This document shows positions 58,601-64,000 of a stretch of 64,000 bases of DNA, piece by piece. The stretch's first letter is position 1. Each line of letters begins with the position of its first letter. Both the position numbers and the translations under genes were made by a program. The DNA lies in the NCBI GenBank assembly GCA_018435605.1, contig JAHDNF010000004.1, forward strand, positions 184,542 through 248,541, read 5' to 3'. This DNA is from a bacterium (GTDB lineage: Bacteria; Auribacterota; Auribacteria; Auribacterales; Auribacteraceae). The notes under the pieces were generated by a model. It was not told the origin of the DNA. It did no database searches and saw only the letters and a list, made by a program, of their open reading frames with translations.

Positions 58601-59227
58601 ATGAAAAAAGACAGGAAACACGAACAACAACAAAATGCTCAAAACGACGAGAAGACTGTCGAACAGGAATTTGACGAAAACCAAGTCCGGCAAGAACCCC
58701 AGGATACCGATCAACAGGAAGAAACTCAAGATCAAGACGGTACTGCCGCTCCTGAAGACGAGAAGCAGAAAGATTATTTCGACCAGATGCTTCGCATTCA
58801 GGCCGAGTTCGATAATTACCGAAAACGGATTAACCGTGAACGCGACGAATTCCGCAAATACGCGGTAGAACAACTTCTTCTGGAACTTTTGCCTATAATA
58901 GACAATTTCAGACTCGCTTTGACTTCGCTCGAAGAACATGTTGTGCCGGAAAATCACAAGTTTTTCGAAGGAGTTGAGATGATATACCGTCAGTTATGCC
59001 GTACTCTGGAAAAAAACGGCGTACAGGCTATCGAAACTATTGGAAAACCGTTCGATCCGTGCTACCATAATGCACTGCAACAAATAGAAAGCTCGGATGT
59101 GCCGGAAAATCATGTGCTACATGAAGTAGCAAAAGGTTACATGATGCACGGCAAACTGCTTCGTCCGGCGGCGGTTGTGGTGGCTAAAGAACCCGCGTCC
59201 GACGGTTCGCAACAACAGCAGGATTAA
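58601..59227 (+). CDS. grpE: Nucleotide-exchange factor GrpE
   Basis: FDNYRKRINRE, LLPIIDNFRLAL, HEVAKGYMMHGKLLRPAAVVVAK. GGAGG RBS 9 nt before the ATG at 58601. Confidence 0.8.
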   Translation: MKKDRKHEQQQNAQNDEKTVEQEFDENQVRQEPQDTDQQEETQDQDGTAAPEDEKQKDYFDQMLRIQAEFDNYRKRINRERDEFRKYAVEQLLLELLPIIDNFRLALTSLEEHVVPENHKFFEGVEMIYRQLCRTLEKNGVQAIETIGKPFDPCYHNALQQIESSDVPENHVLHEVAKGYMMHGKLLRPAAVVVAKEPASDGSQQQQD

Positions 59228-59416
59228 AACAGGTATCAACAGACGGGTATTTATATACATCAAAAAAATCTCAGGACTTTTTATAATACAGTCCCCGTAA
59301 TTTCAATGGGTTAGACTATAAACGTATTATTTAGAGCCGCCGGCAAAAAGGTTTTTCAGATAACTTTAAAAATAAATTAATATCTTAAGCATACATTTAA
59401 ACGGAGGGGTTGCGAT

Positions 59417-61363
59417 ATGGCAAAAGGTAAAGTAATCGGTATCGATCTGGGAACTACCAACTCGTGCGTAGCCGTTATGGAAGGCGGTGAAGCTGTTGTT
59501 ATCCCAAATGCCGAAGGCGGGCGTACCACGCCGTCTGTAGTGGCGTTTACCAATACAGGCGAACGGTTGGTCGGGTTGACAGCCAAACGGCAGGCAGTCA
59601 CCAACTCGGATAACACCATTTTTTCCATAAAACGATTCATGGGACGCAGGTACGACGAAGTAAACGAAGAAATGAAACTCGTTCCCTATAAGGTTATAGA
59701 TAAAAACGGGCTGGTCGGCATATCCGTCCGAGATAAGGAATACACCCCGCCGGAAATATCGGCCATGACGCTCCAAAAAATGAAACAAACCGCCGAAGAT
59801 TATCTCGGAACTACCGTTACTCAGGCGGTAATTACCGTTCCCGCTTACTTCAACGACAGCCAGCGGCAGGCTACAAAAGACGCCGGCAAAATAGCGGGGC
59901 TTGAAGTATTGCGCATAATCAACGAACCGACTGCCGCGTCTCTGGCATACGGACTGGATAAGAAACACGACGAGAAAATCGCTGTTTACGATCTTGGCGG
60001 CGGTACGTTCGATATATCCATACTACAACTTGGCGACGGGGTATTCGAGGTGCTGTCAACCAATGGAGATACTCACCTAGGCGGCGATAACTTCGACCAA
60101 AAAATAATCGACTGGATGGCTGAAGAATTCAAAAAGGACAACGCAATAGATCTGCGCAAAGATAAAATGGCGCTCCAGCGTTTGAAAGAAGCCGCGGAAA
60201 AAGCCAAATGCGAACTTTCTACCACCATGCAGACCGAAATAAACCTGCCTTTCGTCACAGCTGACGCAAGCGGGCCTAAACATTTATCGCTTACATTGAG
60301 CCGAGCTAAACTGGAACAACTTGTAGCAGACCTCCTTGAACGAACAAAAAAACCATGCCAGCAGGCAATAGCCGACGCAAAACTATCGGCCGGCGATATT
60401 GACGAGGTTATCCTCGTAGGCGGACAAACACGAATGCCGGCTGTACAGGCAATAGTCAAACAAATATTCGGCAAGGACCCTCATAAAGGAGTCAATCCAG
60501 ACGAAGTTGTGGCTATAGGCGCGGCAATTCAGGGCGGCGTGCTTGCCGGTGAAGTCAAAGACGTTCTCCTGCTCGACGTTACACCGCTGTCGCTCGGTAT
60601 AGAAACTCTGGGCGGAGTGTTTACACGTCTGATCGAACGCAATACAACCATACCATGCCAGCGGAAACAAATTTTTTCGACCGCGGCGGACAATCAGCCG
60701 GCAGTGAGTATTCATGTCCTTCAGGGCGAACGCGATATGGCCGCTTATAACCGTACATTGGGGCGCTTTGACCTGACAGATATACCGCCAGCTCCGCGCG
60801 GCATTCCGCAAATCGAAGTCTGCTTCGATATCGACGCCAACGGCATTCTTCACGTTTCCGCGAAAGATATGGGAACGGGAAAAGAACAGAAAATCCGCAT
60901 AGAATCGTCAAGCGGGTTGTCCGAATCGGACATAGATAAAATGGTCAAAGAAGCCGAATCCCATTCTGAAGAAGACAAAAAACGAAGGGAACTGATCGAA
61001 ACTAAAAATCAAGCCGATACCCTCGCTTACAGCGTGGAAAAAACCTTAAAAGAACACGGCGATAAAATATCATCCGACGAAAAAAGCAAGGTTGAAGCCG
61101 CTCTGGCCGATTTACGAGAAGCGTTAAAATCCGACGATATGGATGCAATCAAAAAGGCAATGGAAAACCTCACGCAGGCATCGCATAAAATCAGTGAAAT
61201 GCTCTATCAGTCAGCCGCTAAAGAGGCTCAACAGCAACAAGGCGCGGCAGGCGGTAGCGGTGCGGCCAACGCCGGGAGCGCAAATGAATCCCCACGCGAT
61301 AAAAAAGAAGACGAAGGTGTAGTCGACGCCGATTACGAAGTAATGGACGACGACAAAAACTAA
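59417..61363 (+). CDS. dnaK: Chaperone DnaK (Hsp70), copy 2, in grpE-dnaK-dnaJ operon
   Basis: [30 protein letters not shown]. 648 aa. Confidence 0.9.
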   Translation: MAKGKVIGIDLGTTNSCVAVMEGGEAVVIPNAEGGRTTPSVVAFTNTGERLVGLTAKRQAVTNSDNTIFSIKRFMGRRYDEVNEEMKLVPYKVIDKNGLVGISVRDKEYTPPEISAMTLQKMKQTAEDYLGTTVTQAVITVPAYFNDSQRQATKDAGKIAGLEVLRIINEPTAASLAYGLDKKHDEKIAVYDLGGGTFDISILQLGDGVFEVLSTNGDTHLGGDNFDQKIIDWMAEEFKKDNAIDLRKDKMALQRLKEAAEKAKCELSTTMQTEINLPFVTADASGPKHLSLTLSRAKLEQLVADLLERTKKPCQQAIADAKLSAGDIDEVILVGGQTRMPAVQAIVKQIFGKDPHKGVNPDEVVAIGAAIQGGVLAGEVKDVLLLDVTPLSLGIETLGGVFTRLIERNTTIPCQRKQIFSTAADNQPAVSIHVLQGERDMAAYNRTLGRFDLTDIPPAPRGIPQIEVCFDIDANGILHVSAKDMGTGKEQKIRIESSSGLSESDIDKMVKEAESHSEEDKKRRELIETKNQADTLAYSVEKTLKEHGDKISSDEKSKVEAALADLREALKSDDMDAIKKAMENLTQASHKISEMLYQSAAKEAQQQQGAAGGSGAANAGSANESPRDKKEDEGVVDADYEVMDDDKN

Positions 61364-61384
61364 TAAGCAGGAAGTTTCTCGATT

Positions 61385-62533
61385 ATGGCTAAACGCGATT
61401 ACTACGAAGTTCTGGGAGTGTCAAAAAACGCAACCGAAGACGAACTGAAAAAAGCGTACCGAAAATTGGCTTTGAAATATCATCCCGACCGCAACCCTGA
61501 CAACAAGGAAGCGGAAGAAAAATTCAAAGAAGCGGCCGAGGCATACGAAGTCCTGTCCACTACGGAAAAACGCAAACGATACGATCAGTTCGGACACGAA
61601 GGCGTCAGCTCTACATTCGGACAATCCGGATTTCAGTGGTCGGATTTCAGCCATTTTTCCGATGTGGAAGATATTTTCGGCGACCTGTTCGGCGGAGGCG
61701 GAATTTTCGGCGAGATCTTCGGAACAGGCCGCAGAGGAAGTAGTTCCCGCAGAGGAGTGCGCGGAAACGATTTGCAGTACAATATGGAAATATCTTTTGT
61801 GGAAGCCGCATCCGGATGTACCCGTGAGATATCTTTCAAAAAGAAATCCGTCTGCGAAACATGCAACGGCGAAGGCGTAAAACCCGGAACCAGCAAAGCA
61901 ACATGCCAGCAGTGCGGCGGAGCAGGCCAGATTCGTCTTTCTCAAGGGTTTTTCTCCATAAACCGTACCTGCGACCAGTGCGGAGGTACAGGTTCGGTAA
62001 TAAAAGATCCATGTCCAACCTGCAAAGGAAGCGGACGGGTTCTCAAAGATAAAAAACTGTCCATACATATTCCTGCCGGCATCGAAAACGGTTCCAAACT
62101 GAAATTGAGCAACGAGGGTGAAGACGGCGCATACGGCGGACCGCCGGGCAACCTTTATGTAGCTATACATGTTACTCCTCACCCGTTTTTCACAAGACAG
62201 GGCAATGATATTGTCTGCGAAGTTCCTATAAGTTTCCCGAAAGCGGCTCTGGGCGGTGAAGTTGAGGTGCCTACCCTTGACGGCAAGGTGAAACTCAAAA
62301 TACCGCCGGGCACTCAAAGCGAAAAAATATTCCGAGTGCGCGGCAAGGGAATACCAGATTTGCGCGGGTACGGAAAAGGCGACCTGAAAATAAAAATCGT
62401 GGTCGAAGTGCCCACAAAATTGACCGCCGAGCAAAAAGAACTGCTGGAAAAATTCGCGCAAATCAGCGGTGAGGATATTTATCCGATGATGCACTCGTTT
62501 TTCAATAAGGTGAAGCATATTTTCAAAGGTTGA
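61385..62533 (+). CDS. dnaJ: Co-chaperone DnaJ
   Basis: J-domain (DYYEVLGV ... KYHPDRN), G/F-rich linker, four CxxCxGxG zinc-finger repeats. Confidence 0.9.
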   Translation: MAKRDYYEVLGVSKNATEDELKKAYRKLALKYHPDRNPDNKEAEEKFKEAAEAYEVLSTTEKRKRYDQFGHEGVSSTFGQSGFQWSDFSHFSDVEDIFGDLFGGGGIFGEIFGTGRRGSSSRRGVRGNDLQYNMEISFVEAASGCTREISFKKKSVCETCNGEGVKPGTSKATCQQCGGAGQIRLSQGFFSINRTCDQCGGTGSVIKDPCPTCKGSGRVLKDKKLSIHIPAGIENGSKLKLSNEGEDGAYGGPPGNLYVAIHVTPHPFFTRQGNDIVCEVPISFPKAALGGEVEVPTLDGKVKLKIPPGTQSEKIFRVRGKGIPDLRGYGKGDLKIKIVVEVPTKLTAEQKELLEKFAQISGEDIYPMMHSFFNKVKHIFKG

Positions 62534-62542
62534 TACATTCAA

Positions 62543-63292
62543 TTGAGACAACGACGTTTTTTTTCTCCGGCCAAATGCTGGCAATCCGACCGCATTATCC
62601 TTGAAGGCGAACAGATCCATCATGTTTTCCACGTACTCCGTTTGCGCAAGGGAGACACTGCCGTATGTTTTGATGAAACAGGCCGATGCGCTCAAACGCG
62701 CATATTTCATATAGACAGCGTTAGCGGTATTTTAGAAATAGTCAGCCTCCTTCCTGCCAACCAATCATCCGGCGCGCGGTTGACGCTTGCACAGGCTGTT
62801 GTCAAATCTCAACGTATGGATATGATTATTCAGAAAACCGCGGAACTGGGCGTAGATTCCCTAATCCCTTTTTTCTCGCAAAATACAGTTGTCGAACTCG
62901 GCACGGAACGACAGGACACCAAACGGCAACGCTGGCGTAAAATCGCGGTCGAAAGCGCCAAACAGTGCGGCAGAAATACCGTTATGGAAATCGGCGAATT
63001 TGCGAGTGCGGACACGCTCGCTTGCGGGTTGAAATCCTATGACCTTGCTATTCTCGGATGCCCATGCGCTAAGCCCCTTGATATTTCCAGACTCATCGCT
63101 TCGGCTGATAATGTAATCGTAATCATAGGGCCTGAAGGCGGATTTACCGACCGTGAAATCTCAGCCTTTACGGTAGCTTCAAACTGCGTGCCGTGGCGGT
63201 TTTCCAATACGGTTTTGCGCGCGGAAACCGCGGCGTTAAGCGCGATAGCCATTATTCAATACGCTTTGATTACCTGCCGGCAGGATGTGTGA
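62543..63292 (+). CDS. rsmE: 16S rRNA (uracil1498-N3)-methyltransferase RsmE (SPOUT family)
   Basis: N-terminal PUA-like region (HHVFHVLRLRKGD) and C-terminal IIGPEGGFTDREI SPOUT motif. Confidence 0.7.
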   Translation: MRQRRFFSPAKCWQSDRIILEGEQIHHVFHVLRLRKGDTAVCFDETGRCAQTRIFHIDSVSGILEIVSLLPANQSSGARLTLAQAVVKSQRMDMIIQKTAELGVDSLIPFFSQNTVVELGTERQDTKRQRWRKIAVESAKQCGRNTVMEIGEFASADTLACGLKSYDLAILGCPCAKPLDISRLIASADNVIVIIGPEGGFTDREISAFTVASNCVPWRFSNTVLRAETAALSAIAIIQYALITCRQDV

Positions 63293-63296
63293 AACC

Positions 63297-64000
63297 ATGA
63301 GAACAACCTTTTGCGTATCCACTTACGGTTGCAAAGTCAATCAATATGAATCGCAGTTGATCAGAGAAGGGTTTATCGCCGCAGGTTGCGCGGAAACAAA
63401 TTCTACCGACGCCGATATCGTGGTAGTGAACACGTGTACGGTTACAGCTCAAAGCGACGGAAAAATCAGACAGGCTGTCCGGCGCATACGGCGTTCGAAT
63501 CAGAATAATACCATAATTATCACCGGTTGCGGAGCCAACCGGCATGCGGATTTGTTCGGAGACGATGAAAATATATATCTTGCTACGGGCAATTCATGGA
63601 AAGAACGCTATACGCAGTTACAGAGCGTAATATTGCGTGTCATGTCCGGCGACATACATCCATATAGTCCCGAAACAAATTTTTCCATACCGGAATCCAT
63701 AACCGGATTCGGCAGACACACACGCGCGTTCGTAAAGGCTCAAGACGGGTGCGACTCATTCTGTTCGTACTGCACAATTCCTTTGGTTAGAGGCAGGTCG
63801 GTCAGCAGAGACCTTGGAGAAGTGTGCGAAGAAGTGAACCGACTGCTCGAATCGGGTTACAAGGAAATCGTACTGACAGGAATACATCTCGGACAGTACC
63901 GCGACTCCAACCACAACAGGTTAGACGCATTACTGCGAGCATTAACCGGACTGCCGTACCGGTACAGACTGCGCCTGAGTTCCATAGAACCGCAGGATAT
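63297..64000 (+). CDS. MiaB/MtaB-family radical-SAM tRNA methylthiotransferase (3' end beyond window)
   Basis: TYGCKVNQYES N-terminal MTTase motif and CDSFCSYCTIP radical-SAM CxxxCxxC. Continues in frame to the end of the window. Confidence 0.7.
   Translation, partial: MRTTFCVSTYGCKVNQYESQLIREGFIAAGCAETNSTDADIVVVNTCTVTAQSDGKIRQAVRRIRRSNQNNTIIITGCGANRHADLFGDDENIYLATGNSWKERYTQLQSVILRVMSGDIHPYSPETNFSIPESITGFGRHTRAFVKAQDGCDSFCSYCTIPLVRGRSVSRDLGEVCEEVNRLLESGYKEIVLTGIHLGQYRDSNHNRLDALLRALTGLPYRYRLRLSSIEPQD

Noticed and set aside
1-64000. Looked for CRISPR arrays, IS/transposase, integrase, tRNA/rRNA genes and long direct repeats
   Set aside because: None recognisable by eye. Intergenic regions contain only promoters and hairpin terminators. 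The only long-range similarity is between the two dnaK paralogues.

Overview
The window is 64 kb of chromosomal-looking DNA, about 45-47% GC. Most genes have AGGAGG-type Shine-Dalgarno sites, so the organism is not Bacteroidetes-like. Gene density is high and there are no transposase or integrase genes, rRNAs, tRNAs or CRISPR arrays. The content points to a strict anaerobe with hydrogen-centred redox metabolism.

Two multimeric [FeFe]-hydrogenase loci dominate the window:
(a) A fur-family regulator sits divergent from a nuoE-like gene, a nuoF::gltD-like fusion and a hydA, which looks like an NADPH-linked hydrogenase.
(b) rex (with a near-perfect Rex operator upstream) is followed by hydC, hydB and hydA (a trimeric bifurcating-type hydrogenase), then a sensory HydS-type hydrogenase with a PAS domain, then a PP2C phosphatase.

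Between the two hydrogenase loci is a heavy-metal efflux operon, sugE-cusC-cusB-cusA, plus an AT-rich pair of uncharacterised genes.

The second half of the window holds housekeeping genes on the minus strand (glnS, apt, a sigma-70 factor, ppdK). After them comes a proteostasis island (dnaK-1, clpB, htpX on the minus strand; grpE-dnaK2-dnaJ-rsmE-mtaB on the plus strand). PP2C/STAS/GAF partner-switching proteins, a hybrid histidine kinase, a TusA plus split YeeE/YedE transporter set, and PEP-CTERM proteins are interleaved with the chaperone genes.

Candidate novel or unusual items:
- the HydS-PP2C regulatory module and the NuoF-GltD hydrogenase;
- a HAMP-only membrane protein paired with a prepilin/DUF1559-like coiled-coil protein;
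- a 608-aa GGCT-fusion protein;
- a DUF2225-like zinc-ribbon protein paired with a His-motif protein;
- PP2C/STAS modules placed directly upstream of the heat-shock operons, which lack hrcA/CIRCE;
- a 43-aa stand-alone PEP-CTERM mini-ORF.

All functional assignments rest on motifs read by eye; no database searches were run.
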